64,000 nt of DNA from Faecousia sp. (GTDB lineage Bacteria; Bacillota; Clostridia; Oscillospirales; Oscillospiraceae): assembly GCA_045655745.1 (NCBI GenBank), contig JAZOPV010000015.1:26824-90823 (forward strand), written 5' to 3'. The translations under genes were made by a program, and so were the position numbers. Below, piece after piece: positions 17,624 through 27,014 of the stretch (its first letter is position 1; each line of letters opens with the position of its first letter). The notes beneath the pieces are model-generated. The model was not told the origin of the DNA. It saw nothing but the letters and a program-made list of their open reading frames with translations, and ran no database searches.

Positions 17624-19552
17624 TTAAACATCGATATTGACCGCATATTTTGCATTGCGTTCAATCCATTCTTTTCTAGGCTCGACCTGTTCCCCCATCA
17701 GCACCGTGAAAATCGCATCGGCACGGATGGCGTCATCCAAAGTAATCCGCCGCAAAGAGCGCTTTTCCGGGTCCATGGTGGTTTCCCACAGCTCATGGGG
17801 ATCCATTTCGCCCAAGCCCTTAAAACGGCTGATTTCCACTCTGGCGTTGGGATTGTCCGCCCGCATTTCCGCCGAAACCATATCTCGCTCCTCATCGGAA
17901 TAGGCAACCTTCACCGTCTTGCCACGAATCAGCTTATACAGCGGTGGCACAGCCGAATATACATAGCCATGCTCAATCAGCGGACGCATATACCGGAAGA
18001 AGAAGGTCAGCAGCAGGGTACGGATATGCGCGCCGTCCACATCCGCATCCGCCATGATGATGACCTTGTGATAGCGGAGTTTTTCAATGTCAAATTCCTC
18101 ACCGATGCCGGCGCCCAGTGCCACAATCAGCGGATACAGCTTATCGTTGCCGTAAATTTTGTCTGCTCTTGCTTTTTCCACATTGAGCATCTTGCCCCAC
18201 ATAGCCAAAATGGCTTGGAAACGGGAATCTCTGCCCTGAATGGCAGAGCCTGCTGCAGAGTCACCCTCCACGATGTAAATTTCGCAGAGGCTGGGGTCCC
18301 GTTCATTGCAGTCCTGCAGCTTGTCCGGCATTTGACCGGATTCCAAGCCGGTTTTCCGGCGAATGGAATCTCTTGCTTTTCGGGCAGCTTCTCTTGCCCG
18401 ATTTGCCATCATTGCTTTTTCCAAAATGATTTTAGCGGTTTGAGGATGCTCCTCAAAATAGGTTGCCAGCTGGTCGCCCACAATCTGCTCCACCAAGGTG
18501 CGGATATAGGCATTGCCCAGCTTTGCCTTGGTCTGACCTTCAAACTGGGCATCCGTCAGCTTAACGGAGATAATGGCAGTGATGCCCTCTCTGCAGTCCT
18601 CACCGGATACCTTGTCATCATTTTTGAGAATATTATACTTGATGCCGTAATTGTTCAGCACACGGGTCAACGCCGTTTTGAAGCCGGTTTCGTGCATACC
18701 GCCTTCGGGGGTACGAACATCGTTGGCAAAGGACAGTAAAAATTCATTGTAGCCATCCGTATATTGCAGGGCAATTTCCGCAGAGGCATCGCCCTTCATG
18801 CCGTTTAGATAAATCACATCGGAATGAACAGCGGTTTTATTGCGGTTGTGCCACAGCACAAATTCCTTGATACCGCCCTCATAGCACATGGTTTCGGAAA
18901 CAGCTTCCTCCCCACGGGCATCGGTAATGGTAATGGTCAAACCGCCGTTGAGGAAGGCTTCCTCCCGCATCCGTTCATGGAGAATTTCATAATCATATTC
19001 TAGAGTATCAAACATTTCCGGGTCGGGCTGGAAGGTAACCTCCGTACCGGTTTTATCGCTCTTGCCCACAACGGTCATTTCCTGCAGAATATTACCTCTG
19101 GCAAACTTCATTTCATGAATCAAACCGTTTTTATAGACACGGGCAGTGAGGCTTTCGCTCAAGGCGTTGACCACAGATGCACCCACGCCATGCAGACCGC
19201 CGGACACCTTATAGCCGCCACCGCCGAACTTACCGCCGGCGTGAAGCACGGTGAATACAACCTCCAGTGCCGGCTTTCCGGTCTGGGGCTGAATATCTAC
19301 AGGAATACCACGACCGTCATCCGTTACCGTAATGGAATTTCCTGGATTAATGGTGACGGTAATATGCTTACAGTAGCCGGCAAGAGCTTCGTCAATGGAG
19401 TTATCCACGATTTCATACACCAAATGGTGCAAGCCCGAGGAAGAGGTGGAGCCGATATACATACCTGGGCGCTTGCGCACCGCCTCCAAGCCCTCCAGCA
19501 CCTGAATTTGACTACCGCCGTATTCTTCTGTTACTTTCATTTCATCAGACAT
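17624..19552 (-). CDS. gyrB: DNA gyrase subunit B
   Basis: LEGLEAVRKRPGMYIG, EIVDNSIDE, GLHGVG, EGDSA, DADVDGAHI, RFKGLGEM. Confidence 0.97.
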   Translation of the reverse strand: MSDEMKVTEEYGGSQIQVLEGLEAVRKRPGMYIGSTSSSGLHHLVYEIVDNSIDEALAGYCKHITVTINPGNSITVTDDGRGIPVDIQPQTGKPALEVVFTVLHAGGKFGGGGYKVSGGLHGVGASVVNALSESLTARVYKNGLIHEMKFARGNILQEMTVVGKSDKTGTEVTFQPDPEMFDTLEYDYEILHERMREEAFLNGGLTITITDARGEEAVSETMCYEGGIKEFVLWHNRNKTAVHSDVIYLNGMKGDASAEIALQYTDGYNEFLLSFANDVRTPEGGMHETGFKTALTRVLNNYGIKYNILKNDDKVSGEDCREGITAIISVKLTDAQFEGQTKAKLGNAYIRTLVEQIVGDQLATYFEEHPQTAKIILEKAMMANRAREAARKARDSIRRKTGLESGQMPDKLQDCNERDPSLCEIYIVEGDSAAGSAIQGRDSRFQAILAMWGKMLNVEKARADKIYGNDKLYPLIVALGAGIGEEFDIEKLRYHKVIIMADADVDGAHIRTLLLTFFFRYMRPLIEHGYVYSAVPPLYKLIRGKTVKVAYSDEERDMVSAEMRADNPNARVEISRFKGLGEMDPHELWETTMDPEKRSLRRITLDDAIRADAIFTVLMGEQVEPRKEWIERNAKYAVNIDV

Positions 19553-19569
19553 TGATATTCTCCTTTGTC

Positions 19570-20673
19570 TTATGCACGAATTTTTCCGTTCTCAATCTCA
19601 ATGGTTTTTCCAAGCTTCGTCAATCGTCCCGGCTCACAGCCGGTAATAAATACCTGTCCATGGTCAATCTGATTTAATACAAAGTCCTGCCGTGCCGGGT
19701 CTAACTCCGACAGCACATCATCCAATAATAGCACCGGCTCTTCGCCGCTTTCCCGCTTCATCAGCTCCCGTTGAGCAAGCTTTAAGCTGACTGTGGCAGT
19801 TCGGGTTTGTCCTTGAGAGCCATAGAGCTTCAGGCTGATGCCGGACAAATTCACATCAAAATCATCCTTGTGGGGACCGGTGAGGCACTGGGCTGTTTCC
19901 AACTCCGCCCGATAGTGGCTTTCCAAATGTGCCTGAATCTGCTCCGTCAACACCGACACCGGTGCAAAGGCATCCGTCACGGTGGAAACAGTACGATATT
20001 TTAGGGAAAATTCCTCCAACCCACCTGAAAATGCTTCATGATACCTGCTTGCCGCCTGTCCCAAGCCCTCATAAAAACGGGCCCGATAGCTGATGAGCAG
20101 TGCGCCCACCTGACACAGCCGGCTGTTATACTCCGGCAAAATTTCCAGCAGGGCAGGATTTTCAAACCGGTCCTTCAAAATGCGGCTTTTCTGCTCCAAA
20201 ATCCGGTTGTATTCCGTCAATGCCGCATCGTAATTAGGTCTAAGTTGACATAACACCGCATCTCCCAGCCTGCGCCGAGGAGCAGAGCCACCCTTTAAGA
20301 CCATCAAATCCTCCGGACAGAACAGCACTGAGGGCAAAAGTCCGGAAATTTCACCGGCGGTTTTCTTTTTTACACCGTTTTTCTCCAAAATCCGCTGCCG
20401 TCCATTGGAAAACAGCACCCAGCGAATACTTTGCTCCCGATTTTGAGCAGTGATTTGCCCTTGAAGCTCCGCAAAATCCGCCGAAAAACGAATTAACTCT
20501 CCGGTTTTTTGGGCACGGAAGCTCCTACCGGAGCCAAGATAACCGATTGCCTCCAACAGATTGGTCTTTCCTTGGGCATTTTTGCCCACAATCAAGTTCA
20601 CACCGGGGTCAAAGGAAAGCGCTATTTGATTGTAATTCCGAAAGTCCTGCAGCTGCAGGTGATTAAGCTTCAT
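19570..20673 (-). CDS. recF: DNA replication/repair protein RecF
   Basis: FRNY, GKNAQGKTNLLEA, GPHKDD, SQGQTR, LLLDDVLSELD. Confidence 0.97.
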   Translation of the reverse strand: MKLNHLQLQDFRNYNQIALSFDPGVNLIVGKNAQGKTNLLEAIGYLGSGRSFRAQKTGELIRFSADFAELQGQITAQNREQSIRWVLFSNGRQRILEKNGVKKKTAGEISGLLPSVLFCPEDLMVLKGGSAPRRRLGDAVLCQLRPNYDAALTEYNRILEQKSRILKDRFENPALLEILPEYNSRLCQVGALLISYRARFYEGLGQAASRYHEAFSGGLEEFSLKYRTVSTVTDAFAPVSVLTEQIQAHLESHYRAELETAQCLTGPHKDDFDVNLSGISLKLYGSQGQTRTATVSLKLAQRELMKRESGEEPVLLLDDVLSELDPARQDFVLNQIDHGQVFITGCEPGRLTKLGKTIEIENGKIRA

Positions 20674-20911
20674 GGCTACAAATCAGCAGCTGCTGCCCTG
20701 CAAATTCCACTCTGTCACCGGGGTAGAGCTTTTTGCCACGCATGGTGCAGGTTTCGCCGTTGACCAGCACAGCCTCTTCCTGAATGACAGCTTTTGCCTC
20801 GCCGCCGGAATAGACCACATTGGCATATTTCAGCGCATCCTGCAGCTTAATAAATTCCGAATGAATATATACAGGAATGGCATTTTCCTTCTTTTTTACG
20901 GTTACTTTCAT
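20663..20911 (-). CDS. yaaA: S4-domain RNA-binding protein YaaA
   Basis: FIKLQDALK..SGGEAK..VNGE..RGKKLYPGD; canonical position between dnaN and recF. Confidence 0.92.
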   Translation of the reverse strand: MKVTVKKKENAIPVYIHSEFIKLQDALKYANVVYSGGEAKAVIQEEAVLVNGETCTMRGKKLYPGDRVEFAGQQLLICSHEA

Positions 20912-20926
20912 GCTTTGCTCCTAAAT

Positions 20927-22033
20927 TTAGCTCTTAATTCTCACCGGCAGGACCATGTAGGCAAAATCATATTTTTCATCCGCCGGAGTCAGCACAATGG
21001 GGCTTAAATGATTGGTCAGCTCCATAATGACTTCCTCAGAGGGAATAACCTTCAGCGCATCTGCCAAATACCGCACATTAAAGCCGATTTCCAGCTCCTT
21101 GCCGTCACAGGCAATGGCGCAACGGTCTTCCGCCACGCCGATGGTGGTATTGGTTTTCATCTGCAGCACATTATCTGCAAAGACACACCGCACCGGACTT
21201 TTGTATTTTTCCGAAACAATCAGACCCACACGCTCAATGGAGCTTGCCAAATCTGAAACATGAGCGCATAGCCGAATGGGGCAATTGGTGGGAACGACCT
21301 TTCGCCAATCTAAAAAATCGCCCTCCAACAGACGGCAAACCAAGGTAGTATCACCCATTTGATACAAAATGTGCTTTGTACCAAGGGTAAACGAAACATC
21401 CTCGTTATTGTCCATCAGGATTTTTTCCACTTCTTTCAAGCCTGCTGCCGGAACAACAAAGGAAAGCTGACGGCCGGTGGCATCCTCCGGATGATATGTA
21501 CGGCGTGCCAGCCGGAATCCATCGACTGCAATGGCAGAAATAGCATTGTCCTCCACCTCAAACTTCACACCGGTGTGAATGGGACGACCCTGATTTTCAG
21601 AAACCGCAAAAATCGTGCCACCAATCAGCTCTTTGAGTGCTATTTGAGGAATTCGGATGCTCTTTCCGGTATTGACATCCGGCAAAACCGGATAATCATC
21701 CGCACTTTCTGCGGAAATAGTGAAGGCAGCATAGCCGGAGCGAATGGAAACCTTATAGTTTTCATCCACAACAACGGTCACAGGACCCTCCGGCAGTCGC
21801 CGAATAATATCTCCAAACAAACGTGCAGGGAGAATACATTCACCGGCATCCGTTACCTCCGCTTCAATTTGATGGGTAATGGCAGTTTCCATATTGTAGC
21901 CGGTCAGGCTGATGCCGGCACCGGCTCTGCAAAGAATACCTTCAATGACAGAAAGACTGCTTTTGGTTGCTACTGTACGGCTGGCAATATTCAGTCCGGC
22001 AGAGAGCATACTTTTTTCACAGGTAAAACGCAT
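20927..22033 (-). CDS. dnaN: DNA polymerase III beta clamp
   Basis: Three-domain clamp; AVDGFRLA, RLLEGDF, GFNVRYL, MVLPVR. Confidence 0.97.
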   Translation of the reverse strand: MRFTCEKSMLSAGLNIASRTVATKSSLSVIEGILCRAGAGISLTGYNMETAITHQIEAEVTDAGECILPARLFGDIIRRLPEGPVTVVVDENYKVSIRSGYAAFTISAESADDYPVLPDVNTGKSIRIPQIALKELIGGTIFAVSENQGRPIHTGVKFEVEDNAISAIAVDGFRLARRTYHPEDATGRQLSFVVPAAGLKEVEKILMDNNEDVSFTLGTKHILYQMGDTTLVCRLLEGDFLDWRKVVPTNCPIRLCAHVSDLASSIERVGLIVSEKYKSPVRCVFADNVLQMKTNTTIGVAEDRCAIACDGKELEIGFNVRYLADALKVIPSEEVIMELTNHLSPIVLTPADEKYDFAYMVLPVRIKS

Positions 22034-22039
22034 ATCGGT

Positions 22040-22280
22040 GATTCCTTTCTTGTTTATTTATAAAAATATATATAAAAATAGATAAGTTAAGGTAGTATTA
22101 ACAGTAATAGAGGAAATTTATGTGGAAAAGTGCCGCAAAGCAAGTCATTGCAAGGATTTTTTTTTCACAGGGGTCTGTGGAAAAATCAGAGGTTTTCCAC
22201 AGGGGCTGTGAAGTGATTTTTTTCACATTTTTTTCCACAGGAATTCCTTCCACATTCCACAAGGGCTGTGGAAACTTTAT
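22040..22280. other. oriC: DnaA-box array, DnaA-trios and AT-rich unwinding element between dnaA and dnaN
   Basis: TTWTNCACA boxes at 22121-29, 22161-69, 22176-84, 22193-201, 22219-27 and 22231-39, plus near-matches to 22275. TAG TAT TAA CAG TAA TAG trio-like repeat at 22093-22110 next to the last box. AT-rich tract about 22050-22092. Confidence 0.9.
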
Positions 22281-22308
22281 AAAAAGCCTCGCAGGAACTT
22301 TCAAACAG

Positions 22309-23622
22309 TTAAAGACAGGAGTTAATATTTGCAGTAATGTCCCGAATGTTGTTCTGTAGCTCCGTATCCTTATTTTTTAGAGCTACCTCCACCTTGCGGA
22401 TGTTATAAAGCACAGTAGAATGGTCCTTGGCAAATTCTTTGCCGATGTCCGGCAAGGACAGGTTGGTCAGCTTCCGAATCAAATACATAGCGACCTGTCG
22501 GGCTTCAGCGATGCCCTTGCTCTTTTGACTGCCACGCAGAACAATCTCATCCACAGAATAGAATTTGCAAACCTGAGAAATAATCAAACTGGGGGTAGGC
22601 AGGGCATTACCCTCTGCCTTGAACATATCTGCCATGGCTTTGGAAATGTTTTGCAAATCCAAGGGCATATTATCCAAGTCCCTGTACGCCATGATTTTTT
22701 TCACTGTTCCCTCAATTTGCCGGACATTGTTGGTAATATTAATGGCAATGTAGTTGCACACATCATCATCCAAATTTAGCCCCAGTGTTTTTGCCTTATT
22801 TTTTAGAATTGCCATTCTGGTTTCATAGTCCGGCGGCTGAACATCTGCTAATAGACCCCATTCAAATCGGGTTTTTAAGCGGTCCTCCAGTGTCAGCATA
22901 TCGCTGGGCTTTCGGTCGGAAGTCATGACAATTTGCTTATGCTCCTCATAGAGCTTGTTAAAGGTGTGGAAAAATTCCTCCTGGGTGCTTTCCTTACCGG
23001 CAATGAACTGTACATCATCAATAAGGAACAGGTCTGCCTCCCGGTATTTGCTGCGAAATTCAATATTTTTACCGCTTTGAATGGCGGCAATCAGCTCATT
23101 GGTAAATTGGTCGCCCTTGATGTAGACAATATTTGCATCCGGATTTTTTTTGCGGATGCCGTTGGCAATGGCGTACAGCAGATGGGTTTTGCCCACACCG
23201 GGAGGTCCGTAGATAAATAGAGGGTTGTAGGCTTCGCCGGGATGATTGGAAACTGCAATGGCAGCACCGTGGGCAAAGCGGTTGGAGGGACCTACCACAA
23301 AGTTGTCAAAGTTGAACTGGGGATTAAAATCCATAACGGTGTTGTTTTTTCCACGGGAGCGATAGGTGTCCAGCTCCTCGTCACCGAAAACAATGAGTTT
23401 GGCATCAGAATTGAAGATTTCCTTTAATGCTTCCTGAATATAGCTTCCGCATCGTTTGGTAATGATTTCCCGGCGGTAATCGGAGGAAGTGTGCAAAATC
23501 AAATGCTCCTCGTTCAGCTCTACCACCTCTGCATCATCAAACCAAGTGGAAATAATCACAGCACCCAGCTGTTCTTCCATATAGCCCAAAATCTTTGCCC
23601 AGACATAGGCAGATGAATACAT
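22309..23622 (-). CDS. dnaA: Chromosomal replication initiator DnaA
   Basis: YNPLFIYGPPGVGKTHL, IDDVQF, DYETRMAIL, NVRQIEG, KDHSTV; true start ATG 23622 after GAAAGGAG. Confidence 0.98.
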   Translation of the reverse strand: MYSSAYVWAKILGYMEEQLGAVIISTWFDDAEVVELNEEHLILHTSSDYRREIITKRCGSYIQEALKEIFNSDAKLIVFGDEELDTYRSRGKNNTVMDFNPQFNFDNFVVGPSNRFAHGAAIAVSNHPGEAYNPLFIYGPPGVGKTHLLYAIANGIRKKNPDANIVYIKGDQFTNELIAAIQSGKNIEFRSKYREADLFLIDDVQFIAGKESTQEEFFHTFNKLYEEHKQIVMTSDRKPSDMLTLEDRLKTRFEWGLLADVQPPDYETRMAILKNKAKTLGLNLDDDVCNYIAINITNNVRQIEGTVKKIMAYRDLDNMPLDLQNISKAMADMFKAEGNALPTPSLIISQVCKFYSVDEIVLRGSQKSKGIAEARQVAMYLIRKLTNLSLPDIGKEFAKDHSTVLYNIRKVEVALKNKDTELQNNIRDITANINSCL

Positions 23623-23762
23623 GTTTTTATAGCTCCTTTCCCTTTTTATAAGGGAGAAAAAGGCAATTTTTCTCCACAATATCTCAACCTAAATAATAGC
23701 ATATTTCGATGTAAAAAACAAGGTTTTTTTGCGGTGATACTATAATAAAAAGAAAATAAAAA

Positions 23763-23795
23763 AACAGGGTTTCATGTTTCACATGAAACCCTGTT
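23763..23795 (-). terminator. Terminator of the hisS-dCMP deaminase unit, containing a parS-like sequence
   Basis: Perfect 15-bp stem AACAGGGTTTCATGT-TTC-ACATGAAACCCTGTT; 23775-23790 matches parS at 14/16. Confidence 0.8.
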
Positions 23796-23808
23796 AAAAA
23801 GGTGATTG

Positions 23809-24300
23809 TTATTTATTCTCTACCGGGGTGAAGTCCAAAACCAGAGGGGCGTGGGTGGTCTTCATTTGGGTGTAGCGAATTCCGGCGGCAGACAGCATCC
23901 GCTTGGAGGCGAGATTTGCCATGGTGTCGGCATATTTATCCGAGAGATAGATGACCTCTTTGATGCCGCTTTGAATGATTGCCTTGGCACATTCGTTGCA
24001 GGGGAACAAATCCACATAAATTCGGCTGCCTCGCAGGTCACGACCGTTGGCATTGAGAACTGCGTTCAGCTCTGCATGGACCACAAAGGGGTATTTGGTT
24101 TCCTCACCCTCCCGTTCCCAAGGGAATTCGTCATCGGAGCAGCCCTTGGGCATACCGTTGTAGCCGGTAGAGATGATGATATTGTCTTGGGAAACAATGC
24201 AGGCACCTACCTGTGTGCTGGGGTCCTTGCTTCGCTTAGCAGCCAGCATGGCAATGCCCATAAAGTACTCATCCCAACTGATATAGTCTGCCCGTTTCAT
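23809..24300 (-). CDS. Deoxycytidylate (dCMP) deaminase
   Basis: WDEYFMGIA..RSKDPSTQVGAC, HAE, PCNEC zinc motifs. Confidence 0.93.
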   Translation of the reverse strand: MKRADYISWDEYFMGIAMLAAKRSKDPSTQVGACIVSQDNIIISTGYNGMPKGCSDDEFPWEREGEETKYPFVVHAELNAVLNANGRDLRGSRIYVDLFPCNECAKAIIQSGIKEVIYLSDKYADTMANLASKRMLSAAGIRYTQMKTTHAPLVLDFTPVENK

Positions 24301-24321
24301 GGCAATTCCTCCCGGTATTTT

Positions 24322-25677
24322 TTATTTTTCCAAAATAATCGGTCCGTTATTGGCTTTCAGCTCTGCTTGGATGTAGCTGGCGGCTTCTTCTGCCGTCAGC
24401 AGCACCTGCTGACCGGTTTTCATATTCTTCACGGCGCATTTGCCCTGTGAAATTTCATCCTCGCCCAGCAGTACCGCAAAGGGCACGCCCAGCTTATCTG
24501 CATACGCCATTTTTTGCTTGAATTTTTTCTGCTCGCCGTAAAGCTGTACTCGAATGCCGCTGTTACGCAGCTGCTGCGCCAGTGTCACCGCAGGGGTAAC
24601 CTCCTGGGTCATGGGCAAAATCAGAGCATCGCAGGGGGCGGTTGGCAGGTCAGAATTCAGTAGACCCTGCTCGTCCAGCACATAGAACAGACGGGTCAGA
24701 CCGATGGAAATGCCCACACCGGGCAGGGGCTTGTCGATATAGTAGCCAGCCAAATTGTCGTAGCGACCGCCGGAGCAAACCGAACCGATTTCCGGATGGT
24801 CGAATAGAGTGGTTTCGTACACCGTTCCGGTGTAGTAGTTCAAACCTCGGGCAATGGTCAAATCCACCGCAAAATTTTCCTCCGGCACGCCAAAGGCGGA
24901 CAGATTTTCCGTCACAGTTTTCAGCTCTGCTACGCCTAAGTCAAATAGTTCATTGCCACCGGAGTATCCCTCCAGTGCGGACAAAACCTCGGCGTTTGTA
25001 CCACGAATGGAGATAAATTTTAGAATTTCTTCCGCTTTTTCCGGGAGAATTCCGCAATCCTCCACTAGTAACAGCCGCACCTTGTCTACGCCGATTTTGT
25101 CCAGCTTGTCCACGGTACGCATAATATCTTCGCTTTTTTCCGACAGCTCCTGCATAGCGTAGAAGCCGGAGAGAATTTTGCGGTTGTTGACCCGAATTTG
25201 GAAGCGCTTTAAACCGAAGTCTCGGAACACCCAATAAATAATGGCAGGAATTTCCGCATCGTTTAGAATGTCCAGCTTGCCGTCACCGATGATGTCAATA
25301 TCTGCCTGATAAAATTCACGGAAACGACCACGCTGTGCCCGTTCCCCCCGATAGACCTTGGAAATCTGATACCGGCGGAAGGGGAAAGCCAGTTCATTGT
25401 AGTGCAGCGCCACATATTTTGCCAGCGGCACGGTCAAATCAAAGCGCAGCGCCAAATCGCTGTCGCCCTTTTGAAAGCGGTAAATCTGCTTTTCGGTTTC
25501 GCCGCCGCTCTTGGCAAGAAGAATTTGCGCATCCTCGATGGCAGGGGTGTCCAATGCAGCAAAGCCGTACAGGCTGTAGGTTTTCCGGAGAATTTCCATC
25601 ATCCGTTCCAGCTGCGCCTGTTTACCCGGCAGAAGCTCCATAAACCCGGACAGTGTCCGGGGCTTGATAATATCCAT
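24322..25677 (-). CDS. hisS: Histidine--tRNA ligase
   Basis: LRFDLTVP, YRGERAQRGRFREFYQAD, RGLNYYTG, GGRYDNL. Confidence 0.96.
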   Translation of the reverse strand: MDIIKPRTLSGFMELLPGKQAQLERMMEILRKTYSLYGFAALDTPAIEDAQILLAKSGGETEKQIYRFQKGDSDLALRFDLTVPLAKYVALHYNELAFPFRRYQISKVYRGERAQRGRFREFYQADIDIIGDGKLDILNDAEIPAIIYWVFRDFGLKRFQIRVNNRKILSGFYAMQELSEKSEDIMRTVDKLDKIGVDKVRLLLVEDCGILPEKAEEILKFISIRGTNAEVLSALEGYSGGNELFDLGVAELKTVTENLSAFGVPEENFAVDLTIARGLNYYTGTVYETTLFDHPEIGSVCSGGRYDNLAGYYIDKPLPGVGISIGLTRLFYVLDEQGLLNSDLPTAPCDALILPMTQEVTPAVTLAQQLRNSGIRVQLYGEQKKFKQKMAYADKLGVPFAVLLGEDEISQGKCAVKNMKTGQQVLLTAEEAASYIQAELKANNGPIILEK

Positions 25678-25694
25678 AAAAATCCCTTTCAAAA

Positions 25695-26108
25695 TCAATA
25701 TCTGGGCTTTTGGTGCAGCATTTCACGCCAATCCAAATCGCCTCTCTGTAAGCCCATAATCAGCATTTCGGCAGATGCCAAATTGGTCGCTACCGGCACA
25801 TTGTGCTTGTCGCAATGGCGGATGGTTTCCACGATTTGGTTATTGTCCCAGTTATCGGTGGCGTTGGGGTCAGTAAACATCAGTACCAAATCAATTTCAT
25901 TGTAGGCAATTCTTGCGTTAATCTGCTGATGACCGCCCTGCTTATGGGACAGCAGCAGCGTAATGGGCAGACCGGTATTGTCCGTAATCAGCCGACCGGT
26001 GGTGGCGGTGGCAAATAAATCATGCTTTATCAACACACCTTTGTATGCGGTGCAGAAATGAACCATCAGCTCTTTTTTCTTATCGTGAGCCAGAAATGCA
26101 ATATTCAT
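25695..26108 (-). CDS. Methylglyoxal synthase-like (MGS) protein with degenerate active site
   Basis: NIAFLAHDKKK, ATATTG, VPVATN present; GGDQQ reads GGHQQ and no PH(D/E) motif. Confidence 0.8.
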   Translation of the reverse strand: MNIAFLAHDKKKELMVHFCTAYKGVLIKHDLFATATTGRLITDNTGLPITLLLSHKQGGHQQINARIAYNEIDLVLMFTDPNATDNWDNNQIVETIRHCDKHNVPVATNLASAEMLIMGLQRGDLDWREMLHQKPRY

Positions 26109-26131
26109 ATTCTATACTCCTTTTTCTATGT

Positions 26132-26878
26132 TCACCGGCTGGAAACTTTCACCGGTATTCCTTGTATCCGTTTTGCAATCCGTCCAAGGGCAGCGGCTGC
26201 GCCCCGGCGGCTATATTGCAGCAGCGCCTTTCCGGCAGCGGCGGCAAAATTAATATTAGGGTCTGAGGGAATAACGCCTAGCAGCGGCAGACCGATAGAA
26301 TCCATCATATCGTCAATGGTCACATTCAGCGCTTTCAGCAGCTCCGGATAGGTGCGATTGACCACCAGCCGGATATTTTTGGTGCCGCATCGGTTTAATT
26401 CTTGGGTGGCACGCTCGGCGCAGCGAATGGAGGCAGGGTCGGGAATGGTGACAAGGATGGATTTATCCGCTACAGTGGCGGCAAACCGAAAGCCTGCACC
26501 CATGCCTGCAGGGGCATCTAAGAAAACATAGTCAAAGTGTTCCCTTGCTTTTCGCAGCAGCAGGGCAAAGCGGTCGGTGTCGATGTCCTCAAAGCGGCAG
26601 TTTGTGGGGGCGGTGAGAAAGGACAAAATGGGGTACTTGGGGTGGACAGCGGCGGCACTCAGGCTGTAATTTCCGCTGGACACATCTTCAAAGGACAGTG
26701 CTTCTATATCGCTCATGCCCAAAAACACATCCAAATTTCGCAAACCCACATCGCCGTCAATGCACAGCACCCGTTTTCCGGCGGCAGCCAATGCGGTGGC
26801 AATGCCGGCGCAGACAGCCGTTTTTCCTGTGCCGCCCTTGCCGGACAGCATGGCAATGACTTCTCCCAAGAAATGCAC
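26132..26878 (-). CDS. minD: Septum site-determining ATPase MinD (likely TTG start at 26869)
   Basis: SGKGGTGKT, DGDVGLRNLD, DAPAG, LVVNR. Confidence 0.88.
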   Translation of the reverse strand: MHFLGEVIAMLSGKGGTGKTAVCAGIATALAAAGKRVLCIDGDVGLRNLDVFLGMSDIEALSFEDVSSGNYSLSAAAVHPKYPILSFLTAPTNCRFEDIDTDRFALLLRKAREHFDYVFLDAPAGMGAGFRFAATVADKSILVTIPDPASIRCAERATQELNRCGTKNIRLVVNRTYPELLKALNVTIDDMMDSIGLPLLGVIPSDPNINFAAAAGKALLQYSRRGAAAALGRIAKRIQGIPVKVSSR

Positions 26879-26973
26879 CCCTCACCTTAAATTTAAGCCT
26901 ATTATAAAGTAAAATCTCACAAAATGCAAGAGTAAAACCCATGTTTTTTTTCGGTAATTTATCATTTTATACA

Positions 26974-27014
26974 AAAATTCTCCCATCCGCAGAAAAACGG
27001 ATGGGAGAATTTTT
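26974..27014 (-). terminator. Terminator after uppP
   Basis: AAAATTCTCCCATCCG / CGGATGGGAGAATTTT 16-bp stem. Confidence 0.85.
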
